Assembly: GCA_035535495.1 (NCBI GenBank)
Contig: DATLQA010000029.1
Location: 7,447 to 71,446, forward strand
Direction of reading: 5' to 3'
Source: Actinomycetota bacterium
GTDB lineage: Bacteria > Actinomycetota > CALGFH01
DNA length: 64,000 nt
Shown: positions 8,428 through 18,407 of the stretch, one piece after another
Layout: every line of letters starts with the position of its first letter
Position numbering within the stretch: position 1 is the first letter of the stretch
Translations under genes and position numbers: made by a program
The notes under the pieces: generated by a model
Databases searched by the model: none
Told to the model about the DNA's origin: nothing
What the model saw: the letters and a program-made list of their open reading frames with translations, nothing else

Positions 8428-10308
8428 TCAGGGCCCCAGCTGGTGCAGTGACTTGCGGACCCGGTCGGCGATGCCGGCCGCGTCCAGCCCCAGCTCGGCC
8501 AGGAGCGCGTCGCGCTTGCCGTGCGGCAGGAACTGGTCGGGGATGCCGAGGCGGACCAGCGGGGTGTCCACCTTCTCGTCCGCCAGCACCTCGGCGACCG
8601 CCGCGCCGAAGCCGCCGGCCAGGACGTTGTCCTCCACCGTGGCGACCAGGCGGTGCGCGGCGGCGAACGAGCCGAGCCGCGAGTCGAGCGGCTTGACCCA
8701 GCGGGGGTCGACCAAGGTCACGCTGACGCCGTCCTGCCGCAGCAGCCGGGCCGCCTCCTCGCAGGTCTCGGCGAGCTTGCCGAGACCGAGCAGCAGCACG
8801 TCCTCGCCCCGCGAGCGGACCTGGAAGGCGCCGAGCTTGAGCCTGCGCGCCGGGCCGGAGACCGCCGGCCGCGTGGTGGTGTCCTTGGGGAAGCGGATCG
8901 CGAACGGCCCGGCGGTGTGGGCCAGCGCGGTGGCCAGGGCGCGCCGCAGCTCGTTGCCGTCGCGGGGCGAGGCGATCACCAGGTTGGGGATCTGGCGCAG
9001 GTAGGTGACGTCGTAGACACCGTGGTGGGAGGGGCCGTCCTCGCCGGTGATGCCGGAGCGGTCGATGGCGAAGACGACCGGCAGCCGGTGCAGGGCGACG
9101 TCCATCATCACCTGGTCGAAGGCGCGCTGCAGGAAGGTCGAGTAGATGGCGCAGACCGGGCGGAGCCCGGCCATGGCCATGCCGGCGGCCATGGTGACGG
9201 CGACCTGCTCGGCGATGCCGACGTCGAAGACCCGCTCAGGGAACTCCTGGGCCATCAGGGTGAGCTTGGTCGGGCCGAGCATGGCGGCGGAGATGGCCAC
9301 CAGCTCGGGGTGGTGGCGCGCCTCATCCAGCAGGGCGTCGCCGAACACGTCGGTGAACTTCCCCGTCATGGCCGGCTCGGAGGAGGGCACCGGGCCGGTC
9401 TCCGGGTCGAATGTGCCGGCGGAGTGGAGCTTGTCCTCGTCGTGGTCCTCGGCCGGCTTGTAGCCGCGGCCCTTCTGGGTGACCACGTGCAGCAGCACCG
9501 GGCCGGGGACGCGCTTGACGTGGTCGAGGGCGCGGTCGAGTGCCTGGAGGTCGTGCCCGTCGACCGGACCGGCGTACTGCCAGCCGAGGTCCTCGAAGAC
9601 CACTCTCGGCGCCACCAGCGCCTTGGCGCCCTCCTTGACCCGCTTGGCCGCCTCCACCATGCCCTCGCCGACCAGCGGCACGCGGCCGAGGGTCTCCTCC
9701 ACGCCGCGCTTGAGCGTCTCGTAGCCCGGGTGCAGGCGGAGCGGGGCCAGGTGCCCGGAGAGGCCGCCGACGGTCGGCTGGTAGGAACGGCCGTTGTCGT
9801 TGAGCACCACCAGCATGTCCGGCTTGCGGTGCCCGGCGAGGTTGAGCGCCTCCAGCGCCACGCCGCCGGTCAGCGAGCCGTCGCCGACCACCGCGACCAC
9901 CCGCCCCTTGCCCTGGCCGGCGCGGCGGGCCTCGGCGAGGCCGAGGGCGTAGCCGAGCGCGGTCGAGGCGTGGGAGTTCTCGATGACGTCGTGGGGGCTC
10001 TCCGCCCGCGACGGGTAGCCGGAGAGGCCGCCCATGGAGCGGAGGGTGGCGAACTCGGCCTGGCGGCCGGTGAGGATCTTGTGGACGTAGGCCTGGTGGC
10101 CGGTGTCCCAGACGATGCGGTCGGTGGGGGAATCGATGGCCCGGTGCAGCGCGATGGTGAGCTCCACCACGCCGAGGTTCGGACCCAGATGGCCACCGCG
10201 TGCCGCCACCGCGCGGACGAGGAAACCGCGGATCTCCGCGGCCAGCTCGACCAGCTCGGCGTTGGAGAGCTGACGGAGATCGGCGGGTGATCGGATGGCT
10301 TCCAGCAT
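8428..10308 (-). CDS. dxs: 1-deoxy-D-xylulose-5-phosphate synthase
   Basis: Transketolase-like motifs are present (GHLGPNLGVVELTIALH, TPP-binding GDGSLTGG, the pyrimidine domain and the C-terminal transketolase domain). The ATG at 10308 is MLEAIRSP, preceded by GAAGG. Confidence 0.95.
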   Translation of the reverse strand: MLEAIRSPADLRQLSNAELVELAAEIRGFLVRAVAARGGHLGPNLGVVELTIALHRAIDSPTDRIVWDTGHQAYVHKILTGRQAEFATLRSMGGLSGYPSRAESPHDVIENSHASTALGYALGLAEARRAGQGKGRVVAVVGDGSLTGGVALEALNLAGHRKPDMLVVLNDNGRSYQPTVGGLSGHLAPLRLHPGYETLKRGVEETLGRVPLVGEGMVEAAKRVKEGAKALVAPRVVFEDLGWQYAGPVDGHDLQALDRALDHVKRVPGPVLLHVVTQKGRGYKPAEDHDEDKLHSAGTFDPETGPVPSSEPAMTGKFTDVFGDALLDEARHHPELVAISAAMLGPTKLTLMAQEFPERVFDVGIAEQVAVTMAAGMAMAGLRPVCAIYSTFLQRAFDQVMMDVALHRLPVVFAIDRSGITGEDGPSHHGVYDVTYLRQIPNLVIASPRDGNELRRALATALAHTAGPFAIRFPKDTTTRPAVSGPARRLKLGAFQVRSRGEDVLLLGLGKLAETCEEAARLLRQDGVSVTLVDPRWVKPLDSRLGSFAAAHRLVATVEDNVLAGGFGAAVAEVLADEKVDTPLVRLGIPDQFLPHGKRDALLAELGLDAAGIADRVRKSLHQLGP

Positions 10309-10513
10309 GGCCTTCGGAGAATAGACGCCTTTTCTCGATTGTGCCGCAGTGGCCGGAGCTGACGGCCGCCTGTTGCCAAGATGTTGCGCTGGTGGCGAGG
10401 CTTCAACGCCTGACCTGCGGGTCGCAGGGAATTTTGCCGGTGCTTGAACCGTCCGCCAACCGGGCTCCGTATCAGCGGTCGACATCGAGAGGGGACCCGA
10501 AAGGAGCCTACCA

Positions 10514-11143
10514 ATGCGCAGGACGCGCGACCTCGCTCGCGGCGCGGCACTGGCCGCCCTGCTCGCCATCGCCCTGGCCGCCTGCGGCGGCAACGCCTAC
10601 CCAGGCGGCAAGGACCAGCCGCCCCAGCCCGAGAACGCCCAGCAGTCCCAGCAGCCCAACCCGACCACACCGGCCCAGCCCGACGCCGCCGTCGTCCAGG
10701 TCGCCAACTCCGACCTCGGGGCCATCCTCTCCGACGCCAGTGGCCGCACCCTGTACGCCTTCACCAAGGACGGCAAGGGCACCGGCCGCAGCGCCTGCGC
10801 GGGCGAGTGCATCGCCACCTGGCCGGCCATGACCGCCAGCGGCACCCCGCTCGCGGGCGGCGGCGTCGACGCCGCCCTGCTCACCACCATCCAGCGCAAC
10901 GACGGCACCACCCAGGTGAGCTACAACGGCTGGCCGCTGTACTTCTTCGGCGGCGACGTCCAGCCCGGCCAGACCCAGGGCCAAGGCATGAACGGCGTCT
11001 GGTTCGTGGTCTCGCCCCAGGGCAAGCTGGTCCGCGGCGCGGCCGAGGCCGGCTCGGCGGGCGGCGCGGAGACCGGGTCGTCCGGTGGTGCCTCCAGCGG
11101 TTCCTCGGGCGGCAACGGCTCCTCCGGTGGCTACGGCTACTAG
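10514..11143 (+). CDS. Secreted lipoprotein with tandem Yx(FWY)xxD-type repeats (COG4315-like)
   Basis: A signal peptide with lipobox LAAC is present. The unit is duplicated (TLYAFTKDGKG...CAGECIATWP and WPLYFFGGD). The tail is Gly/Ser-rich. The RBS is GAAAGGAG. Confidence 0.75.
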   Translation: MRRTRDLARGAALAALLAIALAACGGNAYPGGKDQPPQPENAQQSQQPNPTTPAQPDAAVVQVANSDLGAILSDASGRTLYAFTKDGKGTGRSACAGECIATWPAMTASGTPLAGGGVDAALLTTIQRNDGTTQVSYNGWPLYFFGGDVQPGQTQGQGMNGVWFVVSPQGKLVRGAAEAGSAGGAETGSSGGASSGSSGGNGSSGGYGY

Positions 11144-11204
11144 GAGCTGACCCCGGGCCGGGGGCGGCCGCTGGCACCCCAGCCGCCCAGACCTCGGCCC
11201 GACG

Positions 11205-11238
11205 GGCGCCGGTGCGGTCCCCCTCCCGCACCGGCGCC
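11205..11238 (+). terminator. GC hairpin with 13-bp perfect stem (GGCGCCGGTGCGG-N8-CCGCACCGGCGCC) 60 nt after the lipoprotein stop
   Basis: The inverted repeat is read directly. There is no U-tract. Confidence 0.35.
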
Positions 11239-11345
11239 CCTGGCGTCAAGCACCAGGCTCAGCGCCCAGGTCCGCCTGGGCGCGGTGGCCTGCCCGGCGG
11301 CGATGCGTAACCAGCCCGTAACCGCCCAACCCGTACCATGGCCAC

Positions 11346-12647
11346 ATGGACGAGCCGACGATCCGCCTTCGCTCGACCGCGCCCGAGCTGCTCGCCCTGC
11401 CGTGGGACGAGCCGCTCGCCGGCTGGTCACCCGACAAGGTCGCCTTCCGGCCGCTGCCGGTCGGCCCGAGCCGCCACCTGGTCCGCTTCGTCGAAGCCGA
11501 CCGGGTGCTCTACGCGCTCAAGGAGCTGCCGATCAGGGTGGCGACCAAGGAGTACCGGGTGCTCCGCGAGCTCGAATGGGAGGAGCTGCCGGCGGTCCGC
11601 ACGGTTGGCCTGGTCGTCCAGCCCGACAGCGGCAACGCCATCCTGGTCACCCGCTACCTGGAGCACTCCTGGCAGTACCGGCGGCTGTTCCAGCGCCTCG
11701 GCCCGGGGCCGTCCAGGCATCGCGACCGGCTGCTGGACGCCATGGCCATGCTCAGTGTCGACCTGCACCGCAGCGGCGTGTTCTGGGGGGACTGCTCGCT
11801 GGCGAACACCCTGTTCGCCCGGGACGGCCAGCTGCTGCAGGCGTACCTGGTGGACGCCGAGACCAGCGAGGTGCACCCCAGCCTCAGCGACGGCCAGCGC
11901 GCCCTCGACATCGGCATCCTGGTCGAGAACGTCGCCGGCGACCTGGCCGACCTGAGCGTGCGGCTTGGCCGCGACCCGGACGACCTGGAGGACGACTTCC
12001 TCGCCGCCGAGAGCGTGGCCACCCGGTACGAGCAGCTCTGGGAGGAGCTGTCGCGGGAGGAGACCTTCGGCGAGGACGAGCGCTTCAAGGTCGAGGCGCG
12101 GGTCCGGCGCCTCAACGAGCTCGGCTTCGCCATCGACGAGCTGGCCTTCGAGCCGGCCACGGACGACCGGCGTACGCTGCGGCTCAAGGTGGCCGTCGCC
12201 AACCGGCGCTTCCACGCCTCCGAGCTGCGCAAGCTGACCGGGCTGGAGGTGGGGGAGGGCCAGGCCACCGTGCTCCTCAACGACCTCCGCGCCTACCAGG
12301 GTCGCCTGGAGCACGAGCAGCCAGGGTCGGCGCCTGACGAGGTCGCCGGCTACCGCTGGCTCGCCGAGGTGTTCCGCCCTGGGGTGGCCAAGGCCGCCAC
12401 CGCGGTCGGGCCGGACGCCGACCCGGTCCAGGCCTACTGTGACCTGCTGGAGGTCCGCTGGCTGCTCTCCGAGCGGTCCGGGCAGGACGTCGGCGACGCG
12501 GCCGCGCTGGAGGCGCTGGCCTCCCGGGAGACACCGTCGGAGTCGGTCGCGAAGATGGCGGTGGCCGAGGGCAGCACGGGCAGCTTCCAGGTGCTCGACG
12601 ACGACCACGCCGGCGAGGCGACCGCCGCGACCCGGCCGGCCGACTGA
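11346..12647 (+). CDS. DUF4032-like protein with RIO/Kdo-kinase-like fold motifs
   Basis: The ORF is 433 aa. FWGDCSLANTLF and LVDAETSE resemble a kinase catalytic loop and a DFG-like motif. Confidence 0.7.
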   Translation: MDEPTIRLRSTAPELLALPWDEPLAGWSPDKVAFRPLPVGPSRHLVRFVEADRVLYALKELPIRVATKEYRVLRELEWEELPAVRTVGLVVQPDSGNAILVTRYLEHSWQYRRLFQRLGPGPSRHRDRLLDAMAMLSVDLHRSGVFWGDCSLANTLFARDGQLLQAYLVDAETSEVHPSLSDGQRALDIGILVENVAGDLADLSVRLGRDPDDLEDDFLAAESVATRYEQLWEELSREETFGEDERFKVEARVRRLNELGFAIDELAFEPATDDRRTLRLKVAVANRRFHASELRKLTGLEVGEGQATVLLNDLRAYQGRLEHEQPGSAPDEVAGYRWLAEVFRPGVAKAATAVGPDADPVQAYCDLLEVRWLLSERSGQDVGDAAALEALASRETPSESVAKMAVAEGSTGSFQVLDDDHAGEATAATRPAD

Positions 12648-12668
12648 GGGCAGGCCGGGCTCGACGGA

Positions 12669-13265
12669 TCAGCCGGCCGTGCTCAGGTCGCCGGTGAGGT
12701 AGCGCTGGACGGTGGGGCCGACCGCCGCCACCACCGCGGCCGGCGGCATCGAGGCGATCGGCTCCACCTTGATGATGTAGCGCGCCATCGCGAGGCCGAA
12801 CAGCTGCGACAGGACCAGGTTGGCGCGGAGTTGCGCGTCCGGCGTGCCGAGCGCGTGCACCACCCGGGAGAAGACCTCCGTGGTGGCGAACTCCCGCAGC
12901 ATGGCCGCGGCCTCCTCGCTGGAGGTGGCGGAGCGGATCAGGGCCATCAGCGGGTGGCGGTTGCTGCCTTGCTCCCAGATGCCGAGGAACACGCCGACGA
13001 TGTGCTCGCCGGCGGCCTCAGGCTGCTCGGCGAGCATCGCCGCGGCCATGTCGGCGGGGTTGACCGGCAGGTCGAGCGCGGCGGTGAACAGGTCCGGCTT
13101 GGGGCCGAAGTAGTGGTGGACCAGCGCCGGGTCGACGCCGGCGCGGCGGGCCACGTCGCGGATGGTGGTCTTCTCGTAGCCGTGCTCGCCGAACGCCTCC
13201 CTCGCCGAGCGCAGGATCGCCTCACGGGTCCCGCTGGTGCCCGGCCGTCGCCCGGTGCGGGCCAT
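12669..13265 (-). CDS. TetR/AcrR family transcriptional regulator
   Basis: An N-terminal HTH is present (ILRSAREAFGEHGYEKTTIRDVARRAGV). The start ATG overlaps the stop of the upstream ABC ATPase gene by 1 nt (TGATG). Confidence 0.85.
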   Translation of the reverse strand: MARTGRRPGTSGTREAILRSAREAFGEHGYEKTTIRDVARRAGVDPALVHHYFGPKPDLFTAALDLPVNPADMAAAMLAEQPEAAGEHIVGVFLGIWEQGSNRHPLMALIRSATSSEEAAAMLREFATTEVFSRVVHALGTPDAQLRANLVLSQLFGLAMARYIIKVEPIASMPPAAVVAAVGPTVQRYLTGDLSTAG

Positions 13266-14200
13266 CAGGCTCCGCCCGCCCGGCCGGCCAGGGCCACGAA
13301 GGTCTCGTCGAAGGTGGCCGGGACCAGCTCCACCTCGGCTTCGACCCCGCCACGGCGCAACGCCGTCGCCACCTCGTCGCGGCCGGCCGAGGGCACCCGC
13401 AGCGTGCGGCCGACCAGCGCGGCCGCCAGCCCGGCGTCCTCCAGGGCGGCGAAGGCGTCCTCCCAGCGCCCGGCCGCGACCTTGACGGTGGCGCGGCTGC
13501 CGACGATGTCGGCCATGGTGCCGTCGGCGACCACCCGTCCGTCGGCCATCACCACCAGCCGGTCGCACTGCTCCGCCTCGCGCATGTGGTGGGTGGTGAC
13601 CAGCACCCCGGCGCCTGACTCGGCCGCCGCCCTGATCGTGTCCCACAGCTGGGCCCTGCCCAGCGGGTCCACCCCCGAGGTGGGCTCGTCCAGCACCAGC
13701 AGGTCGGGCCGGTGCGCCAGCGCGGCGGCGAAGGCCACCCGCCGGCGCTGCCCGAGGGAGAGGTCGCCGACCGTCCGCTCACCGACGGCGGCGAGCTCCG
13801 GGTCGCTGGCGAGCGGGTCGGCCGGTGCGGTGCCGCCGTCGCGGTCCCGGTGACCGAGGGCGAACGCCCGGCCGCTGAACTCCAGGTTCTCGGCGACGGT
13901 CAGGTCCTCGTACAGGCCGAGGCCTTGGGGCACGTAGCCGAGCCGTGCCCTGGTGGCCCGGGACGGCGGCTCGCCGAACAGCAGGACCTCGCCCTCCGTG
14001 ACCCGGATCAGCCCGAGGACGCAGCGGATCAGGGTGGTCTTGCCGGCCCCGTTCGCGCCCAGCAGGCCGACCACCTCGCCGGGGAGGACCCGCAGGTCGA
14101 CGGCGTCCACCGCGGTGAGCGCACCGAACCGCATGGTCGCCGCGCGCGCCTCGGCCAGTGGCGGGGTCCGGGGCTCACGCGGCGGGGCGGTCGCGCTCAT
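13265..14200 (-). CDS. ABC transporter ATP-binding protein (second of two)
   Basis: Walker A is GANGAGKTT, the signature is LSLGQRRR and Walker B is LLVLDEPTSG. Its start overlaps the upstream ATPase stop as ATGA. Confidence 0.9.
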   Translation of the reverse strand: MSATAPPREPRTPPLAEARAATMRFGALTAVDAVDLRVLPGEVVGLLGANGAGKTTLIRCVLGLIRVTEGEVLLFGEPPSRATRARLGYVPQGLGLYEDLTVAENLEFSGRAFALGHRDRDGGTAPADPLASDPELAAVGERTVGDLSLGQRRRVAFAAALAHRPDLLVLDEPTSGVDPLGRAQLWDTIRAAAESGAGVLVTTHHMREAEQCDRLVVMADGRVVADGTMADIVGSRATVKVAAGRWEDAFAALEDAGLAAALVGRTLRVPSAGRDEVATALRRGGVEAEVELVPATFDETFVALAGRAGGA

Positions 14201-15078
14201 GCCGCCCTCCCGTCCCGCGCGCCGGCCGCCGCGCGGGCGTGCCGGTCGAGGGCGGCCACGATCACCGCGTCCTCCAGGTCGGGGTCGACCCTGCGGGCTC
14301 CTGGCGGGGCCGCGCCGCCATCCCGCGACCAGGTCCGCCAGCGGGCGCCCCGGCGCCAGGAGGCGCCGCGGTCCGGCCGGGAGGGCGAGTCGAACATCAT
14401 GCCGGGCACGCCGCCGACCAGCTCGTCGGGCGCGCCGGCGAGCAGCGGGTCGCCCTGGTCGAGCACCAGCACCCAGGCGGCCCGCTCGGCCTCGTCCAGG
14501 TAGGTGGTGGCCAGCACCACCGCGGCCCCGGCCGCCGCGGCGCCCGCCACCAGCCGCCACAGCTCCGCCCGGCTCACCGGGTCGACCCCGGTGGTGGGCT
14601 CGTCCAGCACCAGCAGCGCCGGCTCGTGCAGCAGGGCCATGGCCAGCGCCAGCTTCTGGCGCATGCCGCCCGACAGCTGGGCGCCGAGGCGGTCGGCGGC
14701 GCCGGCCAGGCCGGTGCGGGCCAGCAGGCGGTCGGCCCGCTCGCGCAGGGCTCGGCCGCCGAGACCGTAGGCCGTCCCGCTGAACTCCAGGTTCTCGGCG
14801 ACGGTGAGGTCGCGCCAGACGCCAGGTCCGGCCGACAGGTAGCCGATCTGGGTGCTCGACGGCCGCCGCACCCGGCCCCGTTCGGGGGGGACCGCCCCCA
14901 CCATCGCCCGCAGCAGGCTGGTCTTGCCGGCCCCGTCCCCGCCCACCACCGCGGTCACCGTGCCGGCCGGCACCTCCAGGTCGACGCCGGCCACCGCCAC
15001 CCGTCCGTGGTAGGCGACGGTGAGGTCGTCGACCCCGAAGCTCCCGGTGGCGGCCGGGCCGGACCCCCCGCGGTTCAC
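14197..15078 (-). CDS. ABC transporter ATP-binding protein (first of two)
   Basis: Walker A is GGDGAGKTS, the signature is LSGGMRQK and Walker B is LLVLDEPTTG. The GTG start overlaps the permease stop as GTGA. Confidence 0.9.
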   Translation of the reverse strand: MNRGGSGPAATGSFGVDDLTVAYHGRVAVAGVDLEVPAGTVTAVVGGDGAGKTSLLRAMVGAVPPERGRVRRPSSTQIGYLSAGPGVWRDLTVAENLEFSGTAYGLGGRALRERADRLLARTGLAGAADRLGAQLSGGMRQKLALAMALLHEPALLVLDEPTTGVDPVSRAELWRLVAGAAAAGAAVVLATTYLDEAERAAWVLVLDQGDPLLAGAPDELVGGVPGMMFDSPSRPDRGASWRRGARWRTWSRDGGAAPPGARRVDPDLEDAVIVAALDRHARAAAGARDGRAA

Positions 15079-16154
15079 CGGGCACCTCCGGCGGCGGGCG
15101 CGGCCTCGGTCCGGCGGTGGCGCCGCCCGCGGTCGGCGGGGGCGAGGTCGCGCCGGAAGCGGACCACCGCCAGCGCGAACACCACCAGGCCGAGCACGGC
15201 CAGGGCGGTCAGTGGGAAGACGAGCGCTTCCAGCGGCGCGCCGCGCACCATCACGCCGCGGCTGATCTGGATGAAGTAGGTGAGCGGGAGGACGTAGCCG
15301 ATCCAGCGCACCCCCGCCGCCATCGCCTGGAGGGGGAAGATCAGCCCGGAGAGCAGGACCTGGGGGAGCAGGGTCATGAGGGCGAGCTGGATGGCCTGGC
15401 CCTGGTTCTCCGAGACGCTGGAGATGAGCACGCCGAAGCCGAGCGTGACGAACAGGAACTCGAGCGAGGCGAGGGCCAGCACCGCCGGCGAGCCCCTGAA
15501 CGGCACGTCGAACAGGATGATGCCGACCCCGAGGATCACCACCAGGTCGACCGTGGCCACCGCGAAGTAGGGCAGGATCTTGCCGAGGAACACGTCGCGC
15601 GGGCGGAGCGGCATCACCGCCAGCTGCTCCAGGGTGCCGCTCTGGCGCTCCCGCACCACTCCCAGGCTGGTGGCCAGCGTCCCGACGAACACCAGGATGA
15701 TGCCGACCAGGCCGGGGATCATGATCGCCGAGGTCTCGAGATCGGGGTTGAACAGCACCTCCGGCCGCATCGCCGGCCCGGCCTGGGTCCCGCTCGATGC
15801 GGCCGCGCGCTCACTGAACGCCTGCACCGCGGCGCGGGCGCCGAACAGGTCGGCCCCGTCCACCAGCACGGCCGGCTGGGCGCCGGTGACCACCGCCACG
15901 GTGGCCTTGCCGTCGCGTAGCTCCTCCACCGCCTCGGTGCGGCCGTCGGATGGCCGCATCGCGACCACCTCGAGCTGCTCGGGCAGGCTCCCGGCGGCCT
16001 GCTCGGCGCCCGGCCCCACCACCACGGTGCGCACCTCCGGCACGTCGAAGCTGGCGGCGTAGCCGAACACGGTCAGCATCAGCAGCGGCATCACGATCAG
16101 CATCGCCAGTGTGCGGTGGTCCCGGCGGAGCTGCCGGAACTCCTTGATCACCAT
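15075..16154 (-). CDS. ABC-2 type transporter permease
   Basis: Six TM helices are predicted with an ABC-2 signature region. The ATG at 16154 is MVIKEFRQ. An alternative TTG at 16163 is better spaced from GGAGGG. Confidence 0.85.
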   Translation of the reverse strand: MVIKEFRQLRRDHRTLAMLIVMPLLMLTVFGYAASFDVPEVRTVVVGPGAEQAAGSLPEQLEVVAMRPSDGRTEAVEELRDGKATVAVVTGAQPAVLVDGADLFGARAAVQAFSERAAASSGTQAGPAMRPEVLFNPDLETSAIMIPGLVGIILVFVGTLATSLGVVRERQSGTLEQLAVMPLRPRDVFLGKILPYFAVATVDLVVILGVGIILFDVPFRGSPAVLALASLEFLFVTLGFGVLISSVSENQGQAIQLALMTLLPQVLLSGLIFPLQAMAAGVRWIGYVLPLTYFIQISRGVMVRGAPLEALVFPLTALAVLGLVVFALAVVRFRRDLAPADRGRRHRRTEAAPAAGGAR

Positions 16155-16338
16155 CGCAAGCAAGGGTCCCTCCCCAGCTCGTGCACCGGCCCGTCCGGGC
16201 CCGGAAGTCAACATGGCATGAATTCTACCTTTGTTGAAATCCGTGTCAAGCGCCTGGCGGCCGGTGCCGGTGACGCGCCGGCCGGGTACGGTGGCGCCGC
16301 CACGCGCGGGCCAGGCGGACGTCAGGAGGGATCGCGCA

Positions 16339-17088
16339 GTGAAGGGAGAGCTGCGCCGCGCCTTCGAGCTGGTCGCGACCGGCGACATGGGCGGCGAGCA
16401 CACCCAGGTCGCCCGCTTCGGGCTGGCCGTCTCCGACCCCCGCGTGCCGCTCCGGTACGACTCGAACTACCTGCTCGTCGACGAGCTTCCCGCGAGCGTC
16501 GCAGCCGGCGAGCTGGCCGCGGAGGCGCTCCGCCTCGACCGCCCCGCGATCATGGTGCGCCACCAGCCCACCGGCGAGCGGCTGGTCCCCGCGTTCGCCG
16601 CGCTCGGCTGGCAGCTCCATCGCGGGCTGCTGATGGCGCACCGGCGGCCGCCCGACCGGACCGCGCCCACCGAGCTGGTCAGCGAGGTCGACGAGGCCGC
16701 GCTGCGGCCGGCGCGGCGCCGGCAGCTCGCCGGCTATCCGTGGGCGACGCCGGCGGTCGCGGAGCAGCTCCTCGACGCCAAGCTCCTGATCGCCCAGGCC
16801 GTCCGGGCACGCTTCTTCGCCGTGGTCGTCGACGGCCAGGTGGTCGCCTACGCGGACCTCTACGACGACGGGCGCACCGCCCAGATCGAGGACGTCGCCA
16901 CGCTCGACCAGCATCGCGGCCGGGGCTATGCCAGCGCGCTGGTCCTGCGAGCGCTGGACGAGGCCCGCCAGAGCGGCTGCGACCTGGTATTTCTGGTATC
17001 CGACGAGGATGATTGGCCGAAGGCGCTCTACCGCCGCCTCGGCTTCGACGACCTCGGCCGCTACGTGAAGTTCATCCGCCCCGACTGA
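16339..17088 (+). CDS. GNAT family N-acetyltransferase
   Basis: The C-terminal acetyl-CoA binding motif is HRGRGYASALV...LVFLVSDEDDWPKALYRRLGF. The GTG start follows AGGAGGGA. Confidence 0.8.
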   Translation: MKGELRRAFELVATGDMGGEHTQVARFGLAVSDPRVPLRYDSNYLLVDELPASVAAGELAAEALRLDRPAIMVRHQPTGERLVPAFAALGWQLHRGLLMAHRRPPDRTAPTELVSEVDEAALRPARRRQLAGYPWATPAVAEQLLDAKLLIAQAVRARFFAVVVDGQVVAYADLYDDGRTAQIEDVATLDQHRGRGYASALVLRALDEARQSGCDLVFLVSDEDDWPKALYRRLGFDDLGRYVKFIRPD

Positions 17089-17117
17089 GCCGGGCAGGTG
17101 CAGGAGGAGAGGTCACC

Positions 17118-17654
17118 ATGCGACCAGCCCGCATCATCGCCACCACCTTGGTCGCCGCCGCCGTGTTCGCCGTCGCCGGCTGCGCCGACCGCTCCACCAC
17201 CACCAGCCCCACCGCCGCACCGCCAGCCTCGACCGCCAGTCCCGCCGCCACAGCCACGACCGTCGCGAGCACCCCGACCACCAGTGAGCCGGCCGTGCTC
17301 GCCGACGGACGCCACCCGGTCCTGCTCAAGACCGTCGACGCCGGTCGGCGGCGGGTCACCTTCGACCTGATCCAGTTCTTCCAGGGCGAGCAGGCCGCCA
17401 TCGAGGCCGCCAAGGACAAGCAGGAGTCGCCGCCACCGAACGACCTCTACATCCGCAACGTCAACCCCAGGCTCCGGACCCTGCCGGTGCGAGCCGGCGC
17501 GCCCATCACCGTCAACGGGCTGCTGGCCACCCAGACGGACACGCCGGTGACCCTCGCCAAGCTGGCGAGCCTGACCGCCAGGTACAGCCCGGTGTTCCGG
17601 ATCACCGTGCAGGACGACCAGATCGTCAAGATCGCCGAGGTGTGGATGCCATAG
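17118..17654 (+). CDS. Lipoprotein, hypothetical
   Basis: AGGAGGAGAGG precedes the ATG. A signal peptide with lipobox VAGC is followed by a Thr/Pro/Ala-rich linker. Confidence 0.7.
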   Translation: MRPARIIATTLVAAAVFAVAGCADRSTTTSPTAAPPASTASPAATATTVASTPTTSEPAVLADGRHPVLLKTVDAGRRRVTFDLIQFFQGEQAAIEAAKDKQESPPPNDLYIRNVNPRLRTLPVRAGAPITVNGLLATQTDTPVTLAKLASLTARYSPVFRITVQDDQIVKIAEVWMP

Positions 17655-17665
17655 GCCGGCCGAAC

Positions 17666-18313
17666 CTAGTCGGCGGCGCCCAGCAGGCGCCTGGTCAGCT
17701 CGCCGCCGTCCAGCACCAGCTCGTGCAAGGCGCGGTCGAGATGCTGATACTCGACGACGATCTCGCCGCCGCTCCCGTCCCCGTCGGCTGACCCCGGCAG
17801 GACGGCGAGCAGCGCGGCCTTGCGCAGCAACTCGCGGATGAAGGCGGGGCTCACGCCCTCGATCCGCTGGACCAGCCGGTCGAGGTCGTCGCCGTCGACG
17901 TGCAGGGCCAGGCCGTGGCCGTACAGCGCGATCAGGCGACGGCGGCAGGCGGCGTCCGGCAGCGGCACCTCGACCGCCAGGTCGACCCGGCCGGGGCGGG
18001 CGGCCAGGGCCGGCTCCAGCAGCTCGGGGCGGTTGCTGGTGAGCAGGAAGATCACGTCGGCGTCGTCGCTGAGCCCGTCCATCTCGTTGAGCAGCTCGAA
18101 CAGCAGCGGGGTGCAGCCGGGCTCCTGGCGGTTGCGGTCCTCGGCGATCAGGTCGACGTCCTCGAGGATCACCATCGACGGCTGCAACAGCCGCGCCATC
18201 GCGCACGCCCGCGGGATCAGCCCGACCTCCCGGCCGGCCAGCAGCACCACCGTGCGGTCGCGCATCCGGCTGGGAGGGGGCGGACGCGGAATCTTGCTGC
18301 TCTGACATGGCAT
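17666..18313 (-). pseudogene. N-terminally truncated AAA+ ATPase remnant (Walker B, sensor and lid present, Walker A missing)
   Basis: The ORF begins inside the AAA core. It keeps MVILEDVDLI (Walker B), LLTSNRPELLEPALARPGRVD (box VII/sensor 2) and the lid. No GxxGxGK[ST] is available upstream, because the MFS gene ends 95 nt away. Confidence 0.5.
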
Positions 18314-18407
18314 CGCCTCTGGAACTGTGCGCAGGCGTGGTGCCCTGCGAGCCGATCTCTACGCGCAAGCATCGCAGCAGCTGGATTGCCGGGCCACCGT
18401 CCTACGG

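Noticed and set aside
13265-15085. 606-aa minus-strand ORF over the ABC ATPase pair
   Set aside because: It is a read-through fusion of out-of-frame sequence with the second ATPase. There are two real ATPase genes, 13265-14200 and 14197-15078, in different frames.
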